A stretch of 62,794 nucleotides of DNA, the filler included, from Folioceros fuciformis (lineage: Eukaryota), in the NCBI GenBank assembly GCA_049999805.1. It is 6 parts of 6 records of this genome, joined end to end, with 100 filler letters (N's around TTAATTAATTAA, not from the genome) between each part and the next. Parts side by side here need not be neighbours in the genome. Positions count along the whole stretch, not along the records: positions 10,896 to 18,627 come from JBNGIO010001762.1; positions 18,728 to 42,605 come from JBNGIO010001763.1; 4 more parts are not named here. One strand, written 5' to 3'. Below the pieces are notes generated by a model. The model was not told the origin of the DNA. It saw nothing but the letters and a program-made list of their open reading frames with translations, and did not search any database. Each line of letters begins with the position of its first letter. Position 1 is the stretch's first letter. Both the position numbers and the translations under genes were made by a program. Positions 14,691 to 28,600 of the stretch are shown here, in pieces.

Positions 14691-14962
14691 CGTAGTGTGC
14701 AGAATGTCCGACATGCCTCACCTGTGCGTCGGTTGTGTCACAAGCTGGCTGGAGGGGGAAGCTTTCAGAATGGCGCATGGACTAGCTTTGCGTCAGCAAG
14801 GGTGGGTAGTAACGGCGGCGCTTGACGCTTCGGCAACCTCAACGAAACGGTGAGACGATAGTACGTCTTTGGTTTTGATGTTTAAGTGCAGGTATGATCT
14901 GCTTCACACCTGCCCGCGATGTTCTAAAAGTCGCATGTCTTAACACTAACTGCTCTGCCAGA

Positions 14963-15015
14963 AATCCCCAGAGCCCAAATGTGCACGAGGAGAGCACATT
15001 TGGGCTCTGGGGATT
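14963..15015. repeat. Perfect 22-bp inverted repeat with 9-nt loop
   Basis: AATCCCCAGAGCCCAAATGTGC-acgaggaga-GCACATTTGGGCTCTGGGGATT. Confidence 0.95.
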
Positions 15016-15276
15016 GTTGCAAACATGGAGGGATGAGTGCCAGAAATGACAAACAGGTAGATTCGTCAAGGATACTACACTTTTCCATCAAAAGAATATA
15101 ACCCGCAAGGCTAACAGAAGATGTTCACCAACATTGTGTCATAATGTTGCCAGCTGAGTGGGCACATCTAGTTCCCTCACCGGTAAAACCTGCCTCGAAA
15201 TAGAATTCTAGACTGCATTAAATGATTTTACAAACATGCTGCCATTCACGACGGTCCGTCCGAAAGGTCAACCACG

Positions 15277-18200
15277 TTATTGGAGCAGGACGAAATACCC
15301 TGCGATGATCATACTAACCCACATACCCCTGAGTCCTGCAGACGATTGGATACCCCAATTCCTGTCCGTCAAAGGTGACGGCACTACTGTCTCAGGTCCT
15401 TGGTCTGCTGATGCAGTAACAGGGCCGGAACCTGTGAAGGGCGAGACGTGATGTTAGACGCAAAATGCAAGCAAATCCTACGATGAAACGCAGTTCTTCG
15501 AAAGAAAGATCATAAAAGCGACAGAAGAATTACAATTGTAGTCAGCCCATCCAATACGCTTGTTGACATTATCATACACTACTAGCCTATCCTTGAGTAT
15601 GATATCTGGGGTGGCGACATAAATCACTCCGTCAGTCTGATAAAACATAGAGCGCCCTGACCACAGCTTAAGTGGAACAAATGCGGCACATCATCGTCAG
15701 TAAGAGTCTCCCATACCTCCAAGGATAGTGAGGTTCGGTTGAGTAGGCTCGGTCGCCCACCCCCAACACCAGAAATTTCTCCCCTAAAAGTGCCAAAACA
15801 ACATCCTCAGCAAAGCGATATAAGACCTGATCCTTCATCCAGGATGCCGAACCATAGGCCTCTGCATGACGTTTTGAAACTACAAACAGCACTTACTACG
15901 TCCTGAAAATTAAAAAGATAATTGTCGGGCGCAAGCTGCATGGCAGCACCATTAAAGAAGAGCGTCACATTGGGGAAGTAGCTATTAATTGACCTGGAGA
16001 ACAACACCCGAGGAATCAGAACCAAACCTTCAGAGACATTCAAATCTTGTTGGACATAGAACGGGGGTCCCAGAGAGGGCCACACCTGCCATAGGGCACG
16101 ACAAAACAGTCGAACGATTGGAAAGGTTGCTGCTGCACGGAAGAACTCATCTGCGCAAGGATCTGCATCAACAACCCCACAACTTAAGGATCGCAAACAA
16201 CTAGACTCGTTGCTCATCAGAATACCCCATAAAGTTCCTGCAGATTTCCTGCAATGAATCTGATGCCCAGTCAAACTCAATCTACACTTAGACGCTTAGA
16301 CCAGTTCCTCTTCAAGTAGAAAGCCATCCTACCCAACATCCTGAGGTTGGTTGCACATACTCTTCAAAAACAACACCAATAAATATCCATGTGATAACAA
16401 TCAAGGACAACTCTCACCGCATTGTAAGTTGGCTCATATGCTGCTTTTGAAAAAAGGGCAAGGGTTGTTCCACTATCAAATATGGTGCCTGCGCCAGAGC
16501 TCGAGTCCGTAACAAATGCACTCCCAGGAATGGACAGGTTCACGCCGCCCACAGCGATTGACTGCAAGTTGACATTGTAATGAGGCCTGCAAAATGGAGC
16601 CATACAAAATCAGTACATGTACCATCGCATAAAATAGTTTGTGAAACAATCACCGAATGTGGTGTGAAACTTACTGCCTGGGCACCATCGGGGTATACAC
16701 AAGGTCCGGATCATCCACAACACCAAGCACCATCAACCCACCTCCACTTTTTTCACCCTCCAAACAATGAGCAAAGCTGTTGGGAGTTTGTCCTTCAGCA
16801 TACAGCTGCGACGAGACAGAGATGGCAGACTGTCCGAAACCCATGATACCATCCACTGCCCTGTCCGCGGAGGCCAAATCGCCTGTCTGATCATAACCAC
16901 ACCTAATTAAGGGCCTCCAGTAAGTCCCACCACCACATTGCAAACCGAGGCGAGCTGATACTTCTTAGCCCAAGAACCAGCTATAAAAAAAAGAAACTGG
17001 CGGAAACAAGTAAAAGGTGACAACGTATAACAACGGCAGCACAAGGGGAATACCCGAAAACAACACTTGCTGTTGCAACTTGTGCAGTAGAGTTGAGCAG
17101 CTTCGTGTAGGTCAACGTATCCCTAATCAATCTGCCAGATGTCTGGCTGTTATCCGCGTATACCAATCTGTAGTCACACTCATTGACATCACAACTCGGA
17201 TTCCGAAGAAGGCTCTTGCACATATTATCTGTACAGCCGACAATACTACTAGCTGAAGAACGACTCGGGTCGTATTGCTGGATCTCAAACTGCAGATACA
17301 CCCGCGATACACATGGTTAGAACAAGATGCCCGAGCACCAGAGGCACGATCAGCGTAAATACAAAGCGACGGGATGCAGCATACTCCGAGGCTACTTGCT
17401 CCTGAAGGACAGCTGTTGCATGGATAACAATAAACCCACATCAGGTCACTGCCCGTGTCTACTTGGAGAAAGAATCTTTGAGGAGGTGAGCCTAAGGAGA
17501 CACTGGTATAGTAGAGCCTGCACACAGGGAGATAGCGTCAGCAACGGCCTGCAGACTAAATCTGCCACCTGATACCGCACTCAGAAGTCCCACTTCCACG
17601 GACCAGATATCAGGTGTTGCAGTGTACAGGAGGCAGACAAGAATAAAGGAAGGCACCAAGCATGGTTCACCACAAATTCAGGTGAACCGTAGGCAAACCT
17701 AATTGCAAAGCCAAATTCACCAGCCAGGAATTCACTGCTGCTAACATCCGACACAATCATGGTGCACAAAAAGCATGGATGCTGGCTTGGGCAATTGCAC
17801 AAGAATTTTTGGCCGCCATAACTTGCAGCAGCGAAACAAGTCTAATTTGCCTCAGCGCTTGCCCTGCTTTCGAGAATTCATTTTCGTGCACACACCTGCT
17901 TGACCCCAACGATTACTGCCAGCGTCAGAATATGATCTTCCTGACTCAGACCATAGTAGACATGACATAAGCAGGTCGACAAAGGAAAAGAAGTGGCAGG
18001 AAGACTGTTGACACACATCAGTGAACACCCCCCCTGGCACCTGCTTGCTACAAATACTACTGCAGGGTCACGGACGCCTCCACACTCTCCCAAAAAAAAA
18101 TGACAAGCTCCCACTCCTGAAGCACCGACTGGAAACGACGGAAGAATCCCTGTTTCCCACAATAAACCGCACGAGGCTACGAGACTTCACCCGGACCCGA

Positions 18201-18627
18201 CCTTCTCCACACGTCAGACTCCAGCTAATGCATACAATAAACTTCTTCGAAAACCATCCCTCCCTAAGACCAGAATCAAGACCCTCAACCACCAACACCG
18301 ACTTCAAAAACACCATCACCCCCGCCACAGACAGAAGAAAACAACAAAAAAAAAAAACGCACATCGAGAGATCACGACAAAATATCTCACCCATCGGCAT
18401 CTGGATCAGGATTACCACCAAGCGGAAACTTAGCGACTTCCACAAGGAAGCGTCGCCGCCGAGCCCGATCGTGCTCCCGAAGCAACTGAAAATGCTCCCG
18501 TGTCATGCCCTTCCCCCCGCCTCTAAAACTCGACCCCTCGCGATCCGCATACTTATGACGCAAAGAGAGCACACCAGCGGCGGAGTCCCCTCTCAACGCG
18601 CTGTACAGCGACCGCCTGTTCCCCTCC
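15277..18627 (-). CDS. Pepsin-like A1 aspartic protease (atypical type, probably GPI- or membrane-anchored); 5' end lost in the gap
   Basis: Propeptide HFQLLREHDRARRRRFL...FPLGGNPDP (exon ending near 18391), long first intron, LYYTSVSLGSP, catalytic DTGS and DSGT motifs, DGIMGFG, ILGDIILKD...RIGWADYNC, Ser/Pro linker and hydrophobic tail ...MIIAGYFVLLQ*. Confidence 0.93.
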
Positions 18628-18727
18628 NNNNNNNNNNNNNNNNNNNNNNNNNNNNNNNNNNNNNNNNNNNNTTAATTAATTAANNNNNNNNNNNNNNNNN
18701 NNNNNNNNNNNNNNNNNNNNNNNNNNN
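18628..18727. other. Artificial scaffold join
   Basis: 44 N + TTAATTAATTAA + 44 N. Confidence 0.97.
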
Positions 18728-19935
18728 GGCTGGCCTGATCGGAGCCTTTCCGTCCGGCTTGAGCGCCCGCGGCCACGCCGAGGATGGCTCCAGCTCCGGG
18801 TTCTGCTTCGGCTCCGGCTCCAGCTCCAGCTCCGCGTTGGATGCCTCCCATTGGTCCAAGAGCCTTGTGTCATCTGGAAGAAGCCAGCCATGGCGGGGGC
18901 TGAGGCGGCACAGCCACGGGGAGAAGCTCATCTTGCGGCAGTGGCATGGGGAAGGAAACCGAGCACTCGCTGGGGATGCATTCGGAAGCCCCGGCTCCGG
19001 GGATGGGAGCGGTTTGGACTCCCCCAGCCCGAGCAGCAGCAGCAGTACGAGCACGAGCACCTTGGCGTCTAAGTCGGACGACACCTTCTGCATCATCGAG
19101 GGGAGGGATACCGTGCGGGACTTCGCGCAGTTGCAGCTGCAGGAGATTCGGGACAACATCAATAGTCGGCGCAACAAGATCTTTCTGCTCATGGAAGAGG
19201 TGCGGAGGCTGCGGATTCAGCTGCGGATCAAGAGCGAGGAGGCCAGTGTACAAGATACCAAGGGAGTCGAGGAGGAGGAGCTCACGTTCACCTCCTCCAT
19301 CCCCTTCCTTCCCCCGCTTACTTCCTCCACGCTGCAGCAGTACTACGCCACCTGCTTCGGGCTCGTCTCCGGTATCATCCTCTTCGGCGGTCTCCTTGCT
19401 CCGGTTTTGGAGCTGAAGCTCGGCTTGGGAGGCACATCGTATGCGGAATTCATTCGAAGCATGCACCTTCCCTCTCAGCTCAGTCAGGTTTGGTGATCAT
19501 CATCCCTCCTCCGTGATTTCACTTCCCTTCATGGGTACCTGCTCAATGCTTTCCCTCTGCCTGACTGCGTTTCTCGTCCCGTTTCTGCAGGTGGATCCAA
19601 TTGTGGCATCCTTCTCTGGTGGTGCGGTCGGTGTGATCTCAGCTCTGATGGTGGTGGAGGTGAACAACGTTCGACAGCACGACCACAAGCGCTGCCATTA
19701 CTGCAGCGGCACAGGATACTTGGCCTGTGCCCGGTGCTCCGGCTCAGGCTCCGTCCCCTTGTCCCTGCAATCTGAAGACGGTGCCCTTACACCTTCCATG
19801 CAGTCCTCTGTTGCAACGACAACCAGATGTCCCAACTGCGCGGGAGCAGCCAAGGTCATGTGTCCTACTTGCCTGTGCACTGGCGTTGCCCTGGCAACAG
19901 AGCACGATCCCAGAATTGATCCTTTCAATGTTTGA
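18728..19935 (+). CDS. OR: ORANGE-family DnaJ-like zinc-finger protein (plastid chaperone of phytoene synthase); 5' end in the gap
   Basis: FCIIEGRDTVRDF, DNINSRRNKIFLLMEEVRRLRIQ, two hydrophobic segments, QVDPIVASFSGGAVGVIS, four CxxCxxxG-type repeats, EHDPRIDPF; single intron 19488-19590. Confidence 0.95.
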
Positions 19936-20313
19936 GAAACTCGGGAATGCAATCCCACTTAGTGTTGGCCACCAGCATGGCTGGAACTCTTTGTTTTTGT
20001 AGGATATCAAGGCTTTGTGGATGTGGTTGGAGACCGTCCGGTGTCCTCTTTCTCTGTCTCTGTGAGGATGGAAGGATGGGTATGTATCTCCTTTGTACGT
20101 TGTATTGATTTGGCTGAATCTCGGAAGAGAGCAGCAGCAGAAAGAGTTGTTTGGCTTTTGTTTTAGCCTTTTAAGAAACGCAAGGCGTCCACCTAATGTT
20201 TATTATCCTTTCTGTATCCTTCCGCTCAATGCAAAGCATGAGAAAGACGGGTAGTGCTTGAGCGCAGTGCGACACTACGGCAAGTTAGCAGAAGCGTGCG
20301 GCAAGCGTTGCCA

Positions 20314-22118
20314 ATGGCAGTAGCCACTATGAGTGGGAAGAGACTGTGACGGCGATGCGTGGCTTGGAGAAAAGCGATGTTCTTTCCTGGCAGAGCGAGG
20401 AATCAGGCAGGTCCATTCAGCCCAGCTCGTAACGCAATTATGCTGTGCCGTCAGGCTCTTGCTGCAGGGGCTGAGTACCATTAGATGACCCGGTGTCCCT
20501 GAAAGAGGGGTCTGCGGTGAGGCTGAGGGAGCTGGAGTTGGTCGGGTTGGTTCTGGGCAGCAGTTTGAGTTTGGATGGGGGTCCATTGTTAGTTTCTGCA
20601 GAGACACTGGGAAGTGCAGGGCTTAGCAGGAAATGCGTGACAAGGCTGTTGTTGCGGGAGACGGAGCTCCTGATGTTCACCGTTTCCAGGTTTGTTGCTG
20701 GGTTGAAAGCACTGGAGCAGCTTGGGGTTCAGAGGGATCATTTGGCGGATTTGGTTCAGGCATGTCCGTGTGTGCTATTTCAGGATCTGGAGACGTTACT
20801 GACGCCAATGTTGCAGTTCCTTCGAGAGGTAGGGGTTGAAAGGCATACCGTTGGTGTGCTGTTGAGGTACAATCCTCGACGTGTGTCGCAGGTTCACAAC
20901 ACCAACTTCCGGAGAAACATCGATTTCCTGCAGTCTTTGGGGTTTTCCAGATCACAGGTTGCAGCTACAGTGAAGGCGAGTCCGCAGATTTTAGTCATGG
21001 ATATGGTCTATGAGATAAAGCCGAAAATCGAGTTTCTGCAGGAGTACGGACTGACAGAAATCGGCATGCGCCGTCTTGTCTTACATGTTCCCAGCATACT
21101 TGGTGCTAGTGTGGAGAAAAACCTTTTGCCCAAAATCAGGTACTTGCAGAGGATTGGCATAAGCAATATAGGAATGGTGCTCTATCGTTTGCCGGGAATT
21201 TTCGGCCTGAGTGTTGAGAGGAATGTGACACTGAAAGTGACGAAACTAGAAGCTCTGGATCTTTCACCACAGGTCATCCTAGAGCAGTTTCGCGCCATCC
21301 TTTGCCTAAGAATTGAGACTACAGAACAGAAGATAACGTCTTGTTTCACAGTAGTGGGGTCTCACCAGAAGAAGTTGCTCGGATGCTACGTCGGGCTCCT
21401 CATATTTTTGGATACAGCGTTCACAAGAACCTTATGCCGCAGATTGAAGTTTTACAGGAAATAGGAGTGACCGGAGCAAAGCTTGGGAAGGTGCTTTCAA
21501 GTTGTCCAGCGATCATTCAGTGCAGTTTGGATAAACATCTTCGGCCTTTGATAGTATTTCTGGCAGATATTGGCGTGGTGGGCGATAAGCTACGAAGCCT
21601 TGTCACGGTAAAACCAGTCGTGCTAACGCTATCTGTTGATAAGAATCTCACGCAGACGCTAGAATTCTTGAAGCATATAGGTTTTGAGGTTGGGACTGCC
21701 GCAATGGTAAGGCTTTCACCTGCTGCCTGACTAATCGAGTAGCGGGTATGAGGGAGCGACTAGCCTGGCTTGTGGAGTCGGGTTTCACCGACGACGAAGC
21801 TTGCTCTATGGCAAGGAAACAACCGTCTATTCTCACTGTTAGCGGTGAGAACATCTCGAAGAAGATGGACTTCCTCACTGAACAAGCCGGCCTTACCAGG
21901 AAGCAGATCCTGGAAGTGTGGTCATCTTGACTTGTGATCTTGAACTCCGCATCAAGCCCAGGGACAGAGTAATTATGTGGCTCAAAGAAACGAGCCGCTT
22001 AAAGAAAGATATCAGTATTGAGTTTGTAATGGGTATGAGCAATGTAAAATTCATATCTAGATTCACTGAAAGGGCCTCTGAAGCCGCAGCATTGTACTAC
22101 GCATCTGCATCAGGTTGA
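20314..22118 (+). pseudogene. mTERF-family gene with several frameshifts and stops
   Basis: mTERF repeats (P.IL..SVEKNL.PKI..L..IG; LELRIKPR) continue across frame changes at about 21340, 21708 and 21917 with no workable intron, plus stops in the 5' part. Confidence 0.8.
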
Positions 22119-22693
22119 AGGCAGCATTGTCTTGTCGCCTGTGGTTAGATGTCACGCTCAAAGCTACGCATTCCAGCTCACGCGGCTCCTGAACTTCACG
22201 TGACATACCGAACGCTTCTTGAACGTTTTTCTCCGTTTCACTTAAATGCTCCCTTGCTCATGTAAACTTGATGTTCAGTCTGATCTCTGTTGTTTCCTGA
22301 CGGTGGTTCGTAAAGTAACGGGTACAGGTTCTCTGGCATGGAAAAAATTGTACAGGGTTAGGGCCCTCGAATACCCCGGCAGATTTTCCCAAGTTTGGGT
22401 ATCCGCAAGATAACAAAGTGCTGGCCATTATCGTCCATACAACTGAACGTTTGTCGTCGGTAGTGCGAATCGCAACTCAGTGCAGTAACGAGCACTATCT
22501 AGAGTGTATGGAACAAACCGGTTCATCTGTGTTGGGCTGTCTACAATCTTCAGACGACACTCAGGATGACTTACCACAAGGAGCATCCGAGAGAAAAAAC
22601 ACGCTCGGAAACTTCGCATGTAACTCTAGTTTACATTGTGCACCCAAAAAACATGGGCTACTAGTTACAACATGTAGGCCTCCACGTGCGCAT

Positions 22694-25600
22694 CTACTCC
22701 TCCATCGGCTTGGCATCCTCCTCATCTTCCGCGGCTTCCTTCACGTCAATCGTAAATTCATACTCTTGATCACAGCCGAGATAGGCATCACACATGAAAT
22801 ATAGCGTGTAGGTCTTCTTCCCTACATCTGATGGCGCTGTGAATTCCAACTTCACTTTAGCTTTCCGCTGCAACGACACTCGTTTAATAGCAAGTAGTTG
22901 ATTGCCCTTTGGTTCACCGACCACAAGCCACCAACCCTCCTCCTTGGGCTTGGGAAAACGAGGAGCATCTACAGGACCCAGATCTTGCCGACCCTCAAGT
23001 TCTCTTTCCAGAGATACCACTAATGTCACTGTGTCTCCTGTTGAGATGTCATCACTGTCTAGCACATCATAGGCTAGATCAATATTCGGAAACCGATTGC
23101 AAACTCGTGCAATATCCAGTAGCTGACTGTCTGACATCTGCAGAAGTTCCCGCCGCTCTTCATCCTCCATCTCAATCAAGTCAAAAACAGTCTCGACAGG
23201 TTTTCCTGGATTTTCAGTACACCTCCTGGCGAGATCCTTTGTAAAATGAGGAAGCTGTAACAGCAGTGAGTCGCGTTCCCAGAGGCCCTGAGTGACCATT
23301 TGACTCAGCTCCATGGCAGCTAAAGCAGGATTTAACCAACCACTGCTTGATATGACATCAACCATTGCTTGCAGCAACCTACTGGCATCTAGCAAGATTT
23401 GCCGCTGATCCAAGGCCAAATTACCAGTTACTCCATGCCTCGAGAAATGTGCCTGCAAGAGTGCATTGGCCTTCACATGAGGGTCAGTGTACTTAGGCTT
23501 ATCCATTGAGAATCGTTGATGGTTGATCAACTTCCGCACCATCTCTTCTTCCCCTGGCCTCATCGGTAGCCGGGAATACTCTGATGCTGATGCTAGAATC
23601 TCCAAGAGACCTTTCAACTTTGTCTTGGCTGTTAACGACGAACTGAACAACTCAATGGTGGTATAGCTGATATAATAGTAAGCCGCAATCATTCCGAGAT
23701 TCAGAGGAGACAAGTCCATATCATCTTCAATAGCCACGCACTTACTTGCCTCCAAGTCTGCGAGTTTCGTCTCTACAAGCTCAGAAAGATGGTCTGACAA
23801 GTGCCTGTGACTCACACCCTGCAGATTGTAGTAATTTGGATTCTGTGTGAGCCTGCGGTACATCAGGGTCCAGGTCAAGTAATCAACTGCATCCTGCTTG
23901 TTCTCGATTGTGCGAACCACAACCTCTGCATTCAGATGGTCATGAAGGAAATGATCTAAGTGACTTTCCACTGGAAATGGCTCGTACAAGAACTTCTTGT
24001 AGTACTCTTTACGAGGAGCATGACACAAAATGACACACTTTCCAGTGTCATCCAGTAAAGGTCTGCTTGCTCTACCCATCATCTGCAAAAGATCCGTGAT
24101 TGGATAATCTGTATGAGCATTCTCTCTGCCATCATAATACTGGGTACCCATAACCACAACTAGGTGCGCAGATATCGTCATCCCCCAACACATACTGCTA
24201 CTCGCAACACAAAGCTGTATAGCTCCAGCATCAAAGAGCTGGGTGACAACTTCCTGCTCGGATGCAGACAGGCCCTCATGAAGATAGCCTACTCCATGAC
24301 TCAGGGCATGCTCAAGAGCATCATCCTTGAATTTCTCCAAAAAAGGTGCCAAGTCTTCTGCAGTGCACTGCAAAAACTGTGATTTACCTCCACCATCAGC
24401 TGTTGCATAAGTGACAAGATCAACAGCCGTCAATCTAGCATGTTTGCGGGTAGGGACAAAGACGATGGCTGGCTTGCCCCCTTTGGCATGCTGCAAAATC
24501 GACGTATAGGTTGGCTTAGTCATAGCCTGCATGCGAGCTTCAAAGTTTGCAATATCCACTCCTTGGATATGGATTTCCAGAGGGACCGGCCTCACACCAG
24601 GTGGGAAATTGAACAACCCGTGTGAACTGGCCCCAATCCACTCCCCAAGATCCTTCGCATTTGCCAAGGAGGTTGACAGAGCCACAACTCGAATCTTGCT
24701 ATCTGTATGGCTTGCAATGTAACGCATTCTTGACACGATTACCTCAAGCACTGGACCACCCTCACCTCCAATAAGATGCAGCTCATCAACAATAAATAGG
24801 CTCACTTGTTGCACATGCTTTCTTTGCTTCCAACGTCTAGAAAGAACATCCCACCTTTCAGGAGTGCTGATCACAATCTGGCCCTTCTCCAACAGCTTCA
24901 GATCCGTGGCAGTTTCACCTGTGAGCTCCACCACACGAACCCCTAGGCCAAGACCAAACTTCTGCTCCCAATCCCTGAATCGCTCCTTGGCTAGAGCTTC
25001 CACAGGCGCAATATACACACACCGAGACCCACCATTGTCAGGGGCCTTTTGCAACATCCTCAACACAGCAAACTCTGCACAAATAGTCTTTCCACTACCA
25101 GTTGGGGCACCTACTAGCACATTATCATCAGTGTTGTAGAGGACAGTGAAAACCTGTGTTTGGATGGGATTGAAGTGCTTGAACTTGTGGTACAGGGCTT
25201 CATACGCAGGATTCCGAAGGGCAGATACGGGCAAGGGCTGCAAGTCTAGAAGCTCAGTTGGTGGAGGGTATTTCTCAGGAAGAATTAGGTGACGGAAGGG
25301 AACAGGGAGCACAGTCTGTGCACCAAGCCACTTATCAGACACAACCCGGATGAAATACTGAGGAGGCATAGGTTCGTAAATCGGCACTGTGAAGCTAAGA
25401 TGGTGGTCGTCTTCTATGTACTGCATCTTCAACAAAAAGTACTCATGATGCAAAATATCCTCACCATCATTATCCTCCACAATAACCCAAAAAGGTTCGA
25501 CGTACCCATGGACCTTCTCATCCCACTGAAAATCGGGAATAATAGTGAGGTCGATCTTCAAAACAGATCTTGTTATGGGCTGCACATGAGCAAGCTCCAG

Positions 25601-28600
25601 CTCTAGCTTTGGAAACTGATGGATGTACCTGTGCAGTGTCTTGCCCATCTTGGGAAACGATATAAGCTCTCCAATCTCTTGAGATGATAAATCATAATAT
25701 CGTTCCCATGCCAGGTCTTTCTTCTCGATCTTGATCAGAATGTCCATAGGGATACCCTTAAATTGCCGCAAAGGTGTCTGACTATTCCACATACGCTTCT
25801 GGACCATTTTGCACAAGTTGAGAGCTTTCTCAGCCAGTTGAGCCCAGCCTCGTTTCAACACAATCTCAAACAAACCCCTCATCAATCGCCCAGCACTCTG
25901 GGTAATAAAGACCATGTCTGATGTAAGAGATAACCCCTCCAGCTTCAGCTGTGATGTGTAAGCCTGCAAGAGCACATTGATTTTGGCACTTGGCTCTTCC
26001 AAGCTTTCCTTCACGGGTATCGGTACTCTGTCCAACAACTTCGCCAGCTCCATTTTCTCTTCCTCACGTACAATTACAAACTTGAATTCTTCACTCAGAG
26101 AGAACAATCTGCAGAGTTCAATTTCTCCCATAGTAGGCTTCAAATGCTCATTGTAAGTTGCCATGGTACCATGGCTGATGTAATAGTAGCTGGAAATACG
26201 ACCCAAGTCAGTCACCTGAAAGTAACCACTTTTGCGATCATATTTTGTCAGATTGTTCTTATCCAGGATGGAAGCTGCTGAGTGAATTAAGTCTGCACGT
26301 CTCTCTTCTAGTTCTGGATCCTTCTCCCGAGCATCCACGCTCACTCCATACAGCGTGGGATTCCGGGCCATCCTTATATACAAATACGTATAACCTAGCC
26401 AAGCACAAGCTTCACGGGCATTTTGAACACTTCCCAGCACAATCTCAGCATTCAGGTTGTCTGCAAGCCTTGATATGTACTGACTCTCAATAGGTAGCTG
26501 CTGGTTCATGAGAGAGAGATAATACTGCAGCTCACTGTGGCCAGTGATGATAATCCCCTCGCCATAAGTGTCAAACTGTGGGCGACCAGCACGACCAAGC
26601 ATTTGCATGACATCCAAGGGGCTCAGCTCCGTCCAGCTTCCTTTCTCAGGATTGTAGATTTGAGTGCCCTTGATAATGACAGTATGGGCAGGAAGGTTCA
26701 CACCCCACGCAAGTGTAGCTGTTGACACAAGCACTTGAATATGGCCATCGGCAAACAAATCCTCCACCAGAGTCCTGTCGGACCTTGCCATGCCTGCGTG
26801 ATGTATAGCAAAGCCATACGGTAACAGATCCCTCAAATCATGACTCTTCACCCCCTCTGACTCAGTCTGCAAGATTTCTCGGCTAGCACTATCCTCCTTC
26901 AGAAAACGTCCCATGGTATCATTCCCTAGGGCAGTATCTCGGATGAGACGGGCCGTTTTTGCTGTCTCCTTCCTGGAATGCACAAAAATGAGCACCTGGT
27001 GCTTGCCTGCAACTTCCATCACCTTCTCATGGCACACTTCATTCATGGCCTGGAATCTTTGAAGAGGCTTCTTGATAGTGATACCAATGTATTGTTGAGC
27101 CAGAGGGCAAGGGCGGTAACTGTTATCAAAATGAAACAACCCCTTGTTCTTGTCTACCCGAAGAAAGAGAGCTACATCCTCGTAGTTTGGAAGGGTGGCT
27201 GATAAACCAACGAGTCGGATAAGCTCTTGAGTGGTTTCAATCTGCCTAACAGTTCGTGCCACAATACTTTCAAGTACAGGCCCCCTGTTATCATGAAGCA
27301 AATGAATCTCATCGATAATGAGCAACTTCACAAGCTGTGTATATGTCCTGTCGCCAGACTTGCGAGTAATGATATCCCATTTTTCAGGAGTTGTGACAAT
27401 AATCTGGGTCTCCTCGATCTGCTGGCGAGATAGAGTTTGATCCCCAGTGAGCTCCCTCACAACCACTTTATATTCCTTGAGTCTGTTTGAGAAATTCTGC
27501 ACCAACTCCGAGACCAATGCCTTCATTGGTGCAACATAGACAATCTTGAAACCATTGAGGTCAATCTTGCCATCCTCGCCTGTCTTCAGCCGGATTTCAT
27601 GCAGCATGGCAAGCATGGCCACATTTGTCTTACCAGCACCCGTTGGTGCACAAAGAAGCAGGTTCTCTGGTGTGAACAGCGCTGCTTCATATACTCTGCT
27701 TTGCACTCGGTTCAATGTTTTCATACCAGCAAATGCAGGTTGAGCCCATTCAGGCATTTCAGAGATCTTCACAAGCTCCTCTCCATCAGCCATAGGCTTG
27801 GGTCTGATAGCAGGCACATGGACTTCTTCGTAACCCTTCTTCGTAGCCCTGTATGACCCTTGAGGCAGCTCACACCTTTTGTTTGCCATGAGGAACCCAC
27901 CCTGATGAAAAGAGAGTTGTTCGAGATTGAGCAACTGACGCTGCCCCTTGGTCCAACCACTATCGATGACACCCTCTCTCTCAGGTTGCCGCCCTTTCTC
28001 AACATCAGCCCCATCATCCCTCAGCTTCCTGGCTTCCTCTCGGATACTCCTTTCCAGATTCCTCTGTCTCTCCTTCGCAGTAGCTCGAGTGGCATGAAGT
28101 TGCTCGAGTATGGCAGAGAGTGCAGAACCCCCTTCCATCATTTCTTCCTCGATCTTCTTCCTCTGGTTATCATCCTCAGCTCGTGCAAGCCGCGTGCACC
28201 AAACCACCTTAAGCCTGTTCCTCAGCAACAGCTTAATAAGGTCAAACTTGTCATACTGCAGCAACATCACAAGCCGGTTCTCTGCTGTCACAAGGCGATT
28301 CTCCGGTTCAGCATCATCACCTTCGGCCAAAATCTTCAAGACTTCTTCCGCTAGCTTCTGACTCTGCTGGGGATCAATATCTCCATACGCCTGCGATATC
28401 TTGCGTTGCAGCCAGTAAGCATCGATATCCTGCACATTCAAACCCTCATCGGCCTCCTCCATCTCCTCCTCATCCACTTGCCCCATCTGCATGGCAGCAG
28501 CGTCCCGGGTGTCCTGGCCATCCTCGTCACCATCACTATCCTCTTGTACCTCATCCAAATCATCTTCTTCCTCTTCTTCCTCCTCCTCAAACTCAACAGC

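Noticed and set aside
18068..18445. Hydrophobic ORF as the protease N-terminus
   Set aside because: It lies mostly within intron 1; the true propeptide exon is in another frame (18627-18391).
20314..22118. Programmed frameshifting or RNA editing rescuing the mTERF
   Set aside because: Several independent lesions with no slippery sites; plant C/U editing is organellar and does not fix indels.
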